NCBI GenBank assembly: GCA_951406725.2
Contig: OX597821.1
Location: forward strand, 14,446,001 to 14,510,000
Source of the DNA: Octopus vulgaris
Lineage: Eukaryota
Direction: 5' to 3'
DNA length: 64,000 nucleotides
Part shown: piece by piece, positions 26,766-41,367 of the stretch
Numbering within the stretch: position 1 is the stretch's first letter
Layout of the letters: each line of letters starts with the position of its first letter
Translations under genes and position numbers: made by a program
Notes under the pieces: generated by a model
The model's database searches: none
What the model was told of the DNA's origin: nothing
The model's input: the letters and a program-made list of their open reading frames with translations, nothing else

Positions 26766-27456
26766 CTTACTACTTTATATAATGATTTTGTTTTCTCCTC
26801 TGTTTTTGATGTATCATATGTACACTGATGATAAAATGTTGTTCTTTTAGCTTTTATATGGGAGTGAATAGAAATGCTATATACGCTGTGTTTTAAAGGT
26901 GTTTCTAGTCAGGTTGATATATAACTATCTGTACCATCTGGTACAACTTAGGTTAAGGGAGCTGATTAATATATTTCTACAGTCTCATATTGGTTGAATA
27001 GGTTGCGTAGTATTGCAGGAATTAAGTAGTGGTTGAAAATTTGTTGGTGTATGCTACCCTAACAGCATTAACTAGCTTTTACTGAACTTCCATTAAATAT
27101 TTTGTGGTAAGTACATCAGGTAGGGGAGTTTATACTCATCAGTGTCAGAATATTTCCAAAATTTCTGAAACAACTGAAATAGTCACTGATGAAATGAGTA
27201 AAAGTGAATCACAAGTCTGAGCTGTGACACAGAAAATATTAGCTGAGCACATTAAATGATGTGTGTGTGTCTGCATATGTGTATGTGGACATAAGTGTAT
27301 TTGCATGTATATGTCTGGATATGTGTGCATATTTGCATATATTATGCAAATAGCATGTGCATTGCTTATGTTATATATTTACACATGCACACACACACAT
27401 ATATGAGCACATGAAAAATCTACATAGGTACATATGTGCATGTGTATGTACATACA

Positions 27457-27498
<42 letters not shown>

Positions 27499-27534
27499 TA
27501 TATATATGGTTGATGGATCATAAACACACACATC

Positions 27535-27940
27535 GACCGGTCTGAGATTCGAACTCACAATCCCTCGACCATGAGTCCACTGCTTTAACCACTTGGCCAT
27601 GTGCTTCCATGTGCATATATTGTGCATATATATATATATATATATCCACATGGCCTAGTCGTTAGAGCAGTGGAGTCATGGTCGAGGGATCGTGCCTTCG
27701 AATCTCAGACCGGGCGATGTGTGTGTTTATGAGCAAAACACTTAAGCTCCACGCGGCTCCGGCAGAAGGTAATGGCGAACTTCTGCTGACTCTTTTGCCA
27801 CAACTTTCTCTCAATTTTTCCTCCGGCATCTTGCAGTTCACCTGCAATGGACCGGCGTCCCATCTACGTGGGGAACCTATACACCAAGAAAACCGAGAAA
27901 CTGGCCCTAATGAGCCAGGCAGGGCTCGAGAAGGAACAAA
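27535..27940. mobile_element. Head-to-head tRNA-derived SINE heads (27535-27605 minus; 27649-27940 plus, family-B related)
   Basis: Minus head with B-box complement gattcgaactc; plus head tggcctagtcgttagag...ccttcgaatctc. Confidence 0.7.
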
Positions 27941-28073
27941 CATATATATGCATACAGGTATGTTGATCCAAACAAGAAAAATAGAACTCAAAATATGAGA
28001 ATATGTATATTTTTATTAATGTTTAGAAGTAGTAACAGAGTCACTCAAGGTCTGAGAGTTTTATACACTGGCA

Positions 28074-28097
28074 TATATATATATATATATATATATA

Positions 28098-28152
<55 letters not shown>

Positions 28153-28326
28153 TATATTATATATACAGCTTATATATATTATATTATATCAATATATCAA
28201 TCATTATATTATATATATATATATTGTATATATATATATATATTATATTATATATATATTGTATATATATATATATTATATATATTGTATATATATATTA
28301 TATTATATATATTGTATATATATATA

Positions 28327-28370
<44 letters not shown>

Positions 28371-28390
28371 ATATTATATTATATATATAT
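28074..28390. repeat. Degenerate (TA)n field
   Basis: Direct reading. Confidence 0.95.
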
Positions 28391-29044
28391 TCATGTTTAT
28401 GTGTGTGTATATGTATACTGACACTCATATATAACACATAAAAATATATAATCATTTGATTATGTAATTCATATTCTATAGCAAATAATTTTCATTTGTT
28501 AATGGAATACACTTAGTATATGAAGCAAAACAAAATATGAGATAATTCTTATAAACTATTGAGCTACACTATCTTATGCATAATGCAGTAACAAAGAAAG
28601 TTTATAAGTTACTGTAAATTACTTTATCAAAATGCATTGCTAAATCTTCAGAGATATGTAATCTTTATAAATAGCATTACTGCATTATTGGAAGAAGTTA
28701 TCATCATTATGGCTGATATCTCCATCATGGTAATTTCAGATCAATAATTCTATAAAATTATGCATAAGTTTATACATCTCTGAGGATTTGAGAATGCATT
28801 TTCATTATGTATTTTACTTTATGCAATAATTATCTTTTGTTAATGAAATATATACAAGATGGTGCAACTGAATATTCTGTAAACTATCTCTTATGTTTTG
28901 TTTTCTACGTGACATACTCAGCTACAGTTTCATACTAAATGATATGAGAACAATAACAAGAATTGGAATACACATGATGTTCTGAATACTGGTTATTTGA
29001 TGAGGAATTTTAATTCGAAATGTCACATGCATGTGTGTGTATGT

Positions 29045-29682
29045 ACATATGTGCAAGCCAAGTGAGATCATAACCCATGGCCTATGCCAGTGGGTGTAAC
29101 CAGCCACTCATGAGTACCCCTCATTCATTGGGCAATAAACTTTGCTTGCAAAGACCTGTTGAGGCAAGTGAAATCAAAATCAAAATCGCTGACGTAGCTG
29201 ATGACAGTATCGCCTGATTGGCACTTGTGCCAGTGGAACATTAAAAATACCATCCAAGCGTGATCGTTGCCAGGGCTGCTGATTGGCTCCCATGCCGGTG
29301 GCACATAAAACGCACCATTCGAGCATGATCATTGCCAGCATTACCTTACTGGCACATGTGCTGGTGGCATGTGAAAAACAACATTTGAGTGTGGTCGTTG
29401 CCAGTGCCGCCAGACTGGCTCCTGTGCAGGTAGCACGTAAAAAACACCTTTTGAGCATGGTCGTTGCCAGAACTGTCTGACTGGCCCTCGTGTTGGTGGC
29501 ATGTAAAAGCAGCCACTACACTCTTGGAGTGGTTGGCATTAGGAAGGGCATCCAAGCTGTAGAAACTCTGCCAGATCAGATTGGAGCCTGGTGCAGCCTT
29601 CTTGCTCGCCAGTCCTCAGTCTAACCATCCAACCCATGCCAGCATGGAAAGCAGACGTTAAACGACGATGATGATGATGATG
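29045..29682 (+). mobile_element. Longest family C copy, diverged internal units, (ATG)n tail
   Basis: Reverse complement of the 17830 and 23937 type; ends gacgttaaacgacgatgatgatg. Confidence 0.8.
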
Positions 29683-29867
29683 ATATATATACATGTACAT
29701 ATACACACAGTATATATATATATGCATGTGTTATAAATATATATATATATTTGTGTGTGTGTGTATCAGATCTGATGAATATGATATGAAATTGAATAAA
29801 TTTTTAACACTGTACTTCTCAATCTTGAATTTTGTCTAGACACATATACACATACATACACACACAC

Positions 29868-29898
<31 letters not shown>

Positions 29899-31061
29899 CA
29901 TGTATATATAGACACACACACACGTATATATATATATATATATATGTGCATGTGTGTGTATATATATATATATATGTATGTGTATATGTGTCTATACAAA
30001 AGTCAAGAGTGGGAAGTATAATGATGAAAGATTTATTAAATTTCATATACTCCTCTCATCTAATTTCTGTACGTTAACTACGTGATTTTTATAACAATAG
30101 AGACCCTTCACAAGAAATTTTGCCAAAACAGCATGAATTCTTTACACATTCTTCTTTTTCACATTATAAAAGATTCTAAATTACAGGCCATACAATTAGC
30201 ACATTTACTTTCACTTTCATACTTCATATATTTTGTGTGTGTATTAGTAGATGTATACTTATGAATAGGCATATGTATGTAGACCATCATTTACATTATG
30301 TATGTATGTGTGTAGGTATGTATATGTGTATGTGTGTATATATATATATATATATATGCATGCGTGTGTGTGAGTTCAAATGATGCTTGTTGCTTACCTT
30401 ACATATCGTATATATTTTTTTCATATAATTTTATGTTGATAACATTTTGATGAGTAAAGTCACCTGTCACTGGAATTTTGTACGTTTGTTTCAATATAGT
30501 GTGATTAGTAACTAATTGTTAATTATGTTGTGATTTTTTGCTTAAGTGTATATATAATATATATGTAATAATCAAATTTATTAATGTTATTTGATAATTT
30601 ATTAAAATGCATTTAATATATTTACCCTGTGTGAACCGAGTTTGGTGATTGGTGATTTACAATGTGCAAATTTTTGTAATAGTAAAGAACATGTTATTCA
30701 GAAATATGTAATATATTGAAAGCAAGCATATAACTAACACACAATAAAAAAGCATTTACAAATGGGTTGGATAAAACAAGCAGCAATATAAAAAACACTT
30801 GGTGGATATTATTAAAATGGGGCTTAATTGCATTACAATCTTGTATGTGTGTGGTCTATTTGAAAGAAGGATGACCTAAGTGTCTTAGGGGCCAAAAATT
30901 GCTAAAGTGGTGCTAATCTTAATTCATGCAAATATCAAGCTGTCAAGTCAGAAAAGAAATTGTCAAACTAGAGTGAGAGATGCTTTAAGATGTGTGAAGA
31001 ACAAGAAAGGAATTAATGTACTTATTACTTGGAAAAGAAAATGTGCATTGTAATGAACTAA

Positions 31062-31448
<387 letters not shown>

Positions 31449-32370
31449 AAAAGCAGAAAATGTCAGACATGCTATTAGAAAAAATAACTAAAATAAAATG
31501 GAATTTGTGAAATGATGTGATGGAAAATAGGTATCTTAATAAGATTTTGCCATTTTAATTTGACAAAATACAATAAACAATTGAAAAATTACATCTGCAA
31601 TAAAGATTTAAAGAACACAGATATTTCTTGAAAAAAATATTATTAACTGCTAAAAATACAATGTAGGTAAACATGAATATAACACATTATTTGGTTTCTT
31701 CAGGTTTGAAATATTAAAAAGCAGAAAAGAAAACAGATGAAGAATTTGTTAATAAAATGACATTTTCAATTATACCAGAAACACCACTGACACAACATTA
31801 ATAACAATACACATAAAGAGGTTCAGAGTTTTAAGTAAAAAATTATTCGAAATATGTCTTTAGGCCTTTTAAATACATTTCCATCTAATTTACCATGCTG
31901 ACATGGGTTAAAGAAATTCTAAGGTTTTGATAAATGGTAAGGGTTGCCGATTTTTTTAATGGTTCATTACACTGTCTAAATACTTTGTTACAACGTAAAA
32001 TTAGTATACTTATCTATAATTATTAGGGCATTAAGTGTAACTAACCTGAGATCAACAATCAATATTATCAGTAGGGTTAGACATAAAGCCTTCATTTTAA
32101 AATTTTAATAATTTTTTAATAAAAATTCCTATATAAAGCTGGAGATTACTTGAGACAATCATCATCACTATTTGTTCTTGTATATTTTACATTCTTCATT
32201 CTCTGTTCATAAACTTAAGGATGTCAATTTCCCACCAAACAGCCAGTAGTAGCAACTAAATTTTCCTCCTATAAATTCTTACAGTCATAAACTTCTTGAG
32301 TACTCATTTCAGACTCAAGATACAAATAAACCTGCTATCCAGGACAGCCATAACTGCTAAAAATTAACAT

Positions 32371-32532
32371 GGCGCAGGAGTGGCTGTGTGGTAAGTAGCT
32401 TGCTAACCAACCACATGGTTCCAGGTTCAGTCCCACTGTGTGGCATCTTGGGCAAGTGTCTTCTGCTATAGCCCCGGGCCGACCAATGCCTTGTGAGTGG
32501 ATTTGGTAGACGGAAACTGAAAGAAGCCTGTC

Positions 32533-32568
<36 letters not shown>

Positions 32569-32787
32569 TTGTGTGTCTGTGTTTGTTCCCCTAGCATTGC
32601 TTGACAACTGATGCTGGTGTGTTTACGTCCCTGTCACTTAGCGGTTGGGCAAAAAGAGACCGATAGAATAAGTACTGGGCTTACAAAAAGAATAAGTCCC
32701 AGGGTCGAGTTGCTCGACTAAAGGCGGTGCTCCAGCATGGCCGCAGTCAAATGACTGAAACAAGTAAAAGAGAAAGAGAAAAGAGAG
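32371..32787 (+). mobile_element. tRNA-derived SINE, family A
   Basis: Full-length match to the 14993 copy. Confidence 0.9.
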
Positions 32788-33053
32788 ATAATTTTAACAG
32801 CAAAATAATCCCATAATGCACTTTTTTAGCTACTAATAACTATAACCTCCAAATTTACTGGAGCCTCATACAATAAACTTTGCCTTTTTAGTGTCACAGC
32901 ATCTGACAAAATCAATAATAAAATCCTTTCAGATTGTATTAAATTAAATGATTTCATGTTAAAAAAGCTTGTTCTTTGAGGCTCAATGGTTATGCCTTCT
33001 CAACCAAATTATTTAATAATAGCAACAACAACTACTATTTAATCAGGTGACAA

Positions 33054-33442
33054 GGAGGCGCAATGGCCCAGTGGTTAGGGCAGCGGACTCACGGTCATAG
33101 GATCGCGGTTTCGATTCCCAGACCAGGCGTTGTGAGTGTTTATTGAGCGAAAACACCTAAAGCTCCACGAGGCTCCGGCAGGGGATGGTGGTGATCCCTG
33201 CTGTACTCTTTCACCACAGCTTTCTCTCACTCTTACTTCCTGTTTCTGTTGTACCTGTATTTCAAAGAGCCGGCCTTGTCACTCTCTGTGTCACGCTGAA
33301 TATCCCCGAGAACTATGTTAAAGGTACACGTGTCTGTGGAGTGCTCAGCCACTTACACGGTAATTTCACGAGCAGGCTGTTCCGTTGATTCGGATCAACT
33401 GGAACCCTCGTTGTTGTAACCAACGGAGTGCTTCCAAAAAAA
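33054..33442 (+). mobile_element. tRNA-derived SINE, family B, with A-tail and perfect 12-bp TSD
   Basis: aatcaggtgaca at 33041-33052 and 33443-33454; B box GTTTCGATTCC. Confidence 0.93.
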
Positions 33443-34489
33443 AATCAGGTGACATAAATGCCTTCCTTCTATGGATTTCATTTGATACCAGTCACTAGTT
33501 GCTATCTCTGAAAAAAATTCAATTAAGTTTCTTTGTATAGTACATTTCACACAATTTCCTCTGTTATGGATAATAATTAAACCAGTTATTTATCAAGTTT
33601 CATTTCTAATAAACAGGGTGGAAAATACATCTGTATGGAACGTCTATTTACCGTGCAACTATAGTCAATTTTATTAATATGCATGACATAGAAGTCAATG
33701 TTAGCCTTTAAATCAACATATTTGACCGCATTTCATTTTATAATGTTTTATTAACATGCATGCATTATATGATACCAGACATATGAACTAAATTAGGTTT
33801 TGACAGGTAGTTTTAGGAATATGTCACAGAAGCTTAGTCTCTGTCATATTACACAAGGAGCTAAGTTTCAGCTCTGAGTTTCATTTGCAAAAGATGAGAA
33901 ACTGATATCCACATAAACAGGAAAACGGGTATTGATGATTATATTTCATGTAGCCTTCATTCTTACCTCTATTTAAACTTAATTCGAAATATATGTGTTC
34001 TACATTCAAAGTTAGATCAGTTGCTGAGTTATTGAAAAATTCATATATATATATATAACTCATGCCAGACAGAGAAAAGCAGACATAAAAACAATAATGA
34101 TGAAAATGATACTGAACTACATATGCATGTGCACTCAAACATATGTATGTCTTTTTCCTCCTCCTCCTTATTGTCGTCATTTGCAGCATCATTAGCAGCA
34201 TCGTTGTAATGTCTACTTAGCCATGCTGGCGTGGATCAGATGCATCTTATTAAGGCTGTTATTTTTCCACAACAGGATGCTCTCTTTTAGCCAACCGCTA
34301 ACTTTTTACAAATAACAAGCTATATTTCCAAGCCCTTCAAACAATGAACAGCTCAATGGCTGCACATACTTTCATGGCAAATTTTAAGACAATGACATTG
34401 CTATACAGATGGTGACATTGCTTTTACACAATGTGCAAACACCATCAAGACAATGAGAAGACAGGTAGTTTCAACACAAGATACTCCTT

Positions 34490-34860
34490 GTTTACTTGAA
34501 CTACTAAATCAATAGTGCAACAATAGACAACTTCAAGATATGGACATGAATGAACAACACAGCACAGCTTATTATATTAAGTGAACCCATTCATTGCATG
34601 CTTGAGATAATCTTCTGACGAGCGAAGATGCACCATGTTGTCTGCAAGTATCAAACAGCCAATCTTACAGGGACCAATTGTGATACCACTTCCAAAATGG
34701 CTTCACATGTCAATCCAGTTCATAAAAATTATGAAAAGGCGGGGTGACAATATGTGCCCCTGTAAAAGTCCAGCACCCATGTTGAACAACTTTGACTCAG
34801 TATCATTTACCTGAACGCAAACATCAGGGCATTTGTGTAGGGACTTTACAGCAACCAGAC
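34490..34860 (-). mobile_element. Degenerate LINE RT fragment
   Basis: Minus-strand translation includes GLLQGHILSPRLFIIFMNWI and a LILADN (FADD-like) motif. Confidence 0.65.
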
Positions 34861-35260
34861 ATGTGGTTCGAGTGTTAAAGGAAAGAACTGCAAGATAGAT
34901 TCTTTAAGACAAGCCAGCTAATGAGCGACCTAGGAGTAAACCAAAAGTGAAATGGTTGAATAATAGCCATAGTTTCAGTCTCTCATGCTTGGGAGTCCAG
35001 CAGGAAAGTGCAATGATGGATGTTTCTAATAGGAGCCAATGGAAGAGGTGCCTGAGCACTCTACCATCATGAACCATTCAAGAATAGTGGTTGGAGAATA
35101 TGGATGGACAAATTCATTGATAAAGTGAATTACTCCCTCTTCCATCAGATGTCTGTAGCTATTACTATTAGTTGCCAAAATAAACCAATATTTGGCGCAA
35201 TGTCTTTTATGCATATGTGTGTACTATATATATTCACACACACACAGACACTTATACATA

Positions 35261-35636
35261 CATCATCATCATCATCGTTTAACGTCCGCTTTCCATGCTA
35301 GCATGGGTTGGACGGTTCAACTGGGGTCTGGGAAGCCCGAAGGCTGCACCAGGCCAGTCAGATCTGGCAGTGTTTCTACAGCTGGATGCCCTTCCTAATG
35401 CCAACCACTCCGTGAGTGTAGTGGGTGCTTTTTATGTGCCACCGACACAGGTGCCAGATGAGGCTGGTGAACGGCCATGCTCGGATGGTGTTTTTTACGT
35501 GCCCACAGCACGGAGGCCAGTCGATGCGGTACTGGCTACGGCCACGTTTGGATGGTTTTCTTATGTGCCACCAGCACTGGTACCACAAGGATACAAATTC
35601 CATTGATGTTCATCTATTTTGATTTGGTTCGATTTG
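35261..35636 (-). mobile_element. Family C repeat
   Basis: Homologous to the other family C copies. Confidence 0.85.
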
Positions 35637-35666
35637 AACATACATATTTCATATATATTTGTGTGC

Positions 35667-35698
<32 letters not shown>

Positions 35699-35769
35699 GC
35701 TGTGGATTATTATATCACTACATACATCTACATGTATTTACACATATATGCATGTTTATAAGCAGACTA

Positions 35770-36210
35770 GCTGAGGTTGCAAAATCAACAAGGGAATTAA
35801 AACTTTATAAAACACCTAGAGTAGAAGGAATCTCATCCGATATGTTAAAAGCTCTCTAGCAACCATAGCACGAATTGCTTAACTGCATGTGGAAAACAGG
35901 ATCAAAATTAACTAGGGTGGAATTAATGAAATTACAGAAAAAGTACTTAGGAACTGAAACTGAGTAATGGCACTCCGAGAGTGGGGCCTGGAGTGCTATT
36001 ACTCTGTTACCAATGATGTTTTGTAGAGTAATTTTAAATAAGATTGAATGCAAAGTTAACAACATGTGGGAGGAGAAAATAGGTTTCAGGGGTGCAGAGG
36101 GTCCAGGTTTTTACAATAAGACCTATATCATACACTAAAATGTTTGGTACACCTTTACAAAGATGACATGAACCCTGTGTTTTGTTGATTTTGAAAAAGT
36201 ATTTGATATA
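35770..36210 (+). mobile_element. Degenerate LINE RT fragment
   Basis: KTPRVEGISSDMLK and CFVDFEKVFD motifs with stops and frameshifts. Confidence 0.6.
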
Positions 36211-36217
36211 TGTGTGC

Positions 36218-37110
36218 TCTTTTACTCTTTTATTTGTTTCAGTCATTTGATTGGGGCCATGCTGGAGCACCGCCCTTCGTCAAACAAATCGACCCCGGGA
36301 ATCATAATTTGAAAGCCTAGTACTTATTCTATTGGTCTGTTTTGTTGAACTGCTAAGTTATGGGGACGTAAAAACACCAGCATCAGTTGTCAAGCGATGG
36401 TGAGGGACAAACACAGACACACAAACACACACACACACACACACACACACATAAGGCTAGTTGAGTTAGAGGTTAAAATAATCGTCTAAGTAACCATTAT
36501 ACTACCAGTATGTTTAAGCATGGGCATACATATGCAAGCATATTATGCTCACAAATTATAAAGACAAGGATAAACATGAGTTTATCAAAATTTAAAGAAA
36601 ACAGAAAATGGAGAAATATTGATGAACAACAATTGACTCACATCACTTATTATTTATTAATTCGATACAAATAGACTGCATCTCAATCCGACAGCTGTTT
36701 CTGCTTCTAATGTTGTATGGAATTGCTATTGATATGCTAAAAATATTTATCATATTTAGTAATAAAACTGATCTGAAACATTGAGCTTCATCAGAGTGAA
36801 GAATAAATAAAAAAAAGAAGAGCCTAGAGAGGAAAAGGGAAAAGTTGAATATAGATATCATTGTAATCATACCATTTTGGTTGTGTGTCTCGTTGGGATG
36901 TTAAGTAAAAAGAAAAACACAAAGATGTACACACACACACACATATATGACATGCTTCTTTCAGTTTCCATCTACAAAATCCACTCACAAGGCTTTGGTC
37001 AGCCCGAGGCTATAGTAGAAGAGATACTTGCTCAAGGTACCATGCAGTGGCATTGAACTCTGAACCATGTGGTTGGGAAACAAGCTTCTTACCATACAAC
37101 CATGCCTGCA
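36218..37110 (-). mobile_element. Family A SINE apparently split in two (36218-36450 and ~36930-37110) by an HHR-bearing insert
   Basis: The 3' half ends in (CA)n and the 5' half resumes at (CA)n; both halves are on the minus strand in correct order. Confidence 0.6.
36683..36800 (-). ncRNA. Candidate hammerhead motif with long helix II
   Basis: Minus strand reads CTGATGA (36794-36788)-agctcaatgtt...aacattagaagca-GAAAC-AGCT-GTC (36701-36690); helix I is poorly paired. Confidence 0.5.
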
Positions 37111-37434
37111 TCTATATATGAATACTGATAAAATTTAATCAAGCCCATCGTTTTTCACAACATGGATACACTAGTATTTCAATATTTACATATTCCTGTA
37201 GCAATTGTTTTGACAGATGTGCAATATCTTACAATGATATATGGATGGTATCTACTACCAACCTGGCAGACTGAGGGGAGGCAAAGATTTATTTACTATA
37301 AATATTGTAGTCTTGGCAAAAATTGGCAACAGTAGTCTTAGCAGTTTTTAGTAAAGTGAATTCTCTGCATTATTGATGAGGTAGGAAAATAGTAGCAATC
37401 AATTGATTTATTGAATAATCACTGCAGAAGCGTC

Positions 37435-37435
<1 letters not shown>

Positions 37436-37512
<77 letters not shown>

Positions 37513-37515
37513 GTC

Positions 37516-37564
<49 letters not shown>
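37436..37564. repeat. (AAT)n microsatellite
   Basis: Direct reading. Confidence 0.97.
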
Positions 37565-37565
<1 letters not shown>

Positions 37566-38098
37566 TACAACCCTTTCTTATTCACATCATATAACCCTAA
37601 GTGCATATTCTCCACTGAGAATTATAAACAAAAATCTAATCTATTTTATCTAACAATAAATTAATCTGAAAATTGCTGCACAATAATGGTTCTCATGGAT
37701 ATTGTTTTGTGCCTTTTATCCCAAACTACACTTTTAAAATAATTGTGTGATATGACCTTCCAGTTAAGCAATTGTAGTGATTTAGTTATTCAAACTATTG
37801 TATACATTTTTAACTACTGCAAAAATTTCATAAATTTTCTTCATTTTTCTGCTTTATTACTACTAATTGGTTTTATTCCCTGGATTATTGATTCAATTTT
37901 TTCCAATTCTAGCTATTTCTTTACTCTAAGCAGCAAATATTTATCTTTAGGCATGATTGTATGGATAAAAGCTTCCAGGTTCAGTCCCACTGCATGGCAC
38001 CTTGGGCAAGTATCTTCCACTATAAGCCTCAAGCTGACCAAAGCCTTGTGAGTGGGTCTGGTAGACAGAAACTGAAAGAAACCCATTGTATATGTATG

Positions 38099-38150
<52 letters not shown>

Positions 38151-38154
<4 letters not shown>

Positions 38155-38352
38155 ATATAATGTGTGATAATTATTCAGTTGCCATAATAAAACTCCAAGT
38201 TTTGGATGTCAGGGCGGAAATCTGCTCTGGCATCTCATCAATTATTTGTTTGTCTTAATAACTGATGAGATGCTTGAGCAAATTTCCACCACGATATCCG
38301 AAACTAAGAGTTTTATTATGGCAACTAAATAATTGTCACATGTTATATTACA
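38151..38352. mobile_element. ~200-bp palindromic element with an HHR motif on each arm
   Basis: tgtaatataa...ttatattaca termini, axis ~38251. Plus arm reads AATAA-CTGATGA-GATG...TATC-C-GAAAC-TAAGA-GTT-TTATT (38257-38317). Confidence 0.8.
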
Positions 38353-38420
38353 GATAAATTCCTCTATTTACATAATATCGAGGTCTCATTCATTCTTTTG
38401 TTATCATACTGTTACAGTTA

Positions 38421-38463
<43 letters not shown>

Positions 38464-39556
38464 CATATATATACATACATATATATATACATATATATAC
38501 ATATATATACACATATATATATATATGTATATATATATAAATATATATGTATGTATATATATATATACATATATAAAACACATGTATGTGTGTATGCAAA
38601 TGTGCATGATTGCTGGTATTTTATTTCTCATCATTTGACCACCCATTCTGCACTTTTAGAAACTTGCAGAATAAAAAAATTCCTTATCTAAAAACAGGTG
38701 AATGTTGGTGGGAGGGAAAGCAGTCAGCCATAAAATCCTGTCTCAAACAGCAACTCCTGTTCACGATGTGCCAGCATGGAAAAATGGCTGTTAAATGACA
38801 GATTGAACAAACCACAAAGCTTTGCCCTTCGCACACGCAATTTTCTGCTAAAACAACATTATGTCAAGTGTGATTCTCATGCCTTACATACTTCTCGCTA
38901 AAAAGCTCTTATTATTTTGATGAAAAATTAATAAGTTGGCCCTTGATCTTCAAATCTCAACACATAACTTATTGATCTTGATTTTTCTTGACTTATTGAA
39001 CATTTAAGCATAAAATGACCAATATCAGTTCCCAACCTTTAAAGTTCACAAAATTCATAACAATTGTTAATTGTTCCATTAAGCTTAAAGTTTTCACTTT
39101 TTATTTATTTATTTTGTCAAGACACGAAACAAGTTGCTATATGAACTGTTAGTTCTATTCAGTTATCATTTATGCTGTGCTGATATTTTCCATGTACGGC
39201 ACAGTTCTGAAAATTTACTCAGGTTGTCTCACTTGTCTATAATTAAATTTGGCTATTTACTGATCAAACAACACAGACACAGAAATATTAACAGTATTTA
39301 TTTTATCCAATGTGAGACAGGATATAAAGTCAATCCTGCTATATATATTATTGCAACAAACATTTTACATTGCTTTTATTAATATTCATTTTCCAACTAG
39401 AGTGATCATACAGTCTGTGTGTAAGACTTTGTCTAGGTTTCCTGTGCATCTGGTTACTATATAAAAATATTTGCCAAAAGTAATTTTATCATTGCAGTTC
39501 AGATAATAGAAGCTAATCTAGTGACAAAATAATGATATAATACCATTATCAATATA

Positions 39557-39983
39557 GGTGCAGGAGTGGCTGTGTGGTAAGTAGCTTGCTAACCAACCAC
39601 ATGGTTCCAGGTTCAGTCCCACTGCATGGCATCTTGGGCAAGTGTCTTCTGCTATAGCCCCGGGCCGACCAATGCCTTGTGAGTGGATTTGGTAGATGGA
39701 AACTGAAAGAAGCCTGTCGTATATATGTATATATATATATATATATATATGTATATGTGTGTGTTTGTGTGCCTGTGTTTGTCCCCCTAGCATTGCCTGA
39801 CAATCGATGCTGGTGTGTTTACGTCCCCGTCACTTAGCGGTTCGGCAAAAAGAGACCGATAGAATAAGTACTGGGCTTACAAAGAATAAGTCCCGGGGTC
39901 GATTTGCTCGACTAAAGGCGGTGCTCCAGCATGGCCGCAGTCAAATAACTGGAACAAGTAAAAGAGTAAAAAGAGTAAAGAGT
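39557..39983 (+). mobile_element. tRNA-derived SINE, family A
   Basis: Full-length match to the other family A copies. Confidence 0.9.
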
Positions 39984-40304
39984 ATATCTATTTTCTTGTC
40001 TTTTGCTGACATGCCATTAAATCTTTTTTCATTATTTTCTATTCTTTATCTAATATTCTCAAGACTCTATAAAAGATATATTTTATATTCTTTTGTATGA
40101 AGTAATCTTAGCAGACCAGTGAAGTTCAAAATAGAAACTGATCAAATTAATCAAGTGTTTGGTAATAAATTTACCAAGTTTCTATAATGAAACTCCCATA
40201 ATATGTTCTGGTGATGACCCAAATGAGTCAAGAAAGTAATGTAAACTTGTGTTTATCTTTATTTCTCCTACATTTGCTCTGTAGTTCTTAACTATTTATA
40301 CTAA

Positions 40305-40685
40305 TCTTTATATATAAAAGTGAGGTTGTGTGGTGTCTGTCTCCTATGATTTAGATTCCTAACTACTCCCACATTTTGCGGTGCAGTTTAACCAAAACCG
40401 GGTATCTTATTGTCATGATTCTGGGTATTAGCGCGCGTCTACAATGAGTCTACGATTTTAAAAAAAATTTACCATCAATTTTTCCCATTTTTAATGCATT
40501 TTTGGCATATATAACGGAAGTAACTCTCTAAAAATTTATTATTAAATCTCAGAACGTAAAAAGCTACAGTAACACCCCCCTTTGTGGTTAACCGTATTGA
40601 GATGGCTATTATACTTTACATCTCTAAAAATGCTTATATAGTTATTTCCCTTACAAGCCCGAGCAACGCCGGACGATACTGCTAG
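40305..40685 (+). mobile_element. Non-autonomous Helitron
   Basis: A|TC...cccgagcaacgccgga...CTAG|T. Confidence 0.9.
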
Positions 40686-40795
40686 TTTAGTATAAAAGAT
40701 ATACAACTATACAGGAAGCAAGCTAAATTATGATAATCTATGTAGAGTCCTAACTGTAACAGTTGTACATCTATTTGTACACACAATCTCTACTA

Positions 40796-41140
40796 TATGT
40801 ATAATGAAAAAGTTCCCGGATTAATTCTATAGCACACCAACAGATGGTAGCACACAGTTCTGTGTGCAATGAGAGCTAGCAGTGATCTTCATGAGGCAGT
40901 GTGAGTAACATCAACTTTGCAAGTTGTGAAATTTATGTTTTTGTGATCATGTGTGTGCTGTAGTCTGTGATTTTGTCATGGACAGGAACATAGAGCCAAA
41001 GTGAAATTTGCATTAAACTTGGGAAATCTGCTACAGAGACATTGAGCATGCTTTTGCAAGCTTATGGCTATGAGGCAATGAGTTGTACACATTGTTTTAA
41101 GAGGCATGGGTGCCTCAAAAGTAGAGGAACATCCCTGGAA
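40796..41140 (+). mobile_element. Tc1/mariner 5' relic (TIR region + transposase N-terminal HTH)
   Basis: Translation EHRAKVKFA/..KLGKSATETLSMLLQAYGYEAMSCTHCF resembles the mariner N-terminus; truncated where the next palindrome begins. Confidence 0.7.
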
Positions 41141-41183
41141 TCTGATTCCAGGGAATGAAAAATAAAAACATTTACCATCTTTC

Positions 41184-41254
41184 TCTCGGACCATGGTTTC
41201 AAACTCTAATTAGCAAATAAAGTAATTTGCTAGGTGAAGTTTTCATCAGCAGGA
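41184..41254 (-). ncRNA. Type I minimal hammerhead ribozyme, sense to the Kv2 pre-mRNA
   Basis: Minus strand reads TCCTG-CTGATGA-AAACT...AGTTT-GAAAC-CATG-GTC-CGAGA. Confidence 0.72.
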
Positions 41255-41367
41255 ATGCCAAAAGGCAATACAAAACTGTGCTTGCGTAGTGGATTTGAAA
41301 AATTATAATATGCAAGTACAAAGCATGTACTGTATTGCCTTGTATTTATATGTTAATCTTTTGGTAT

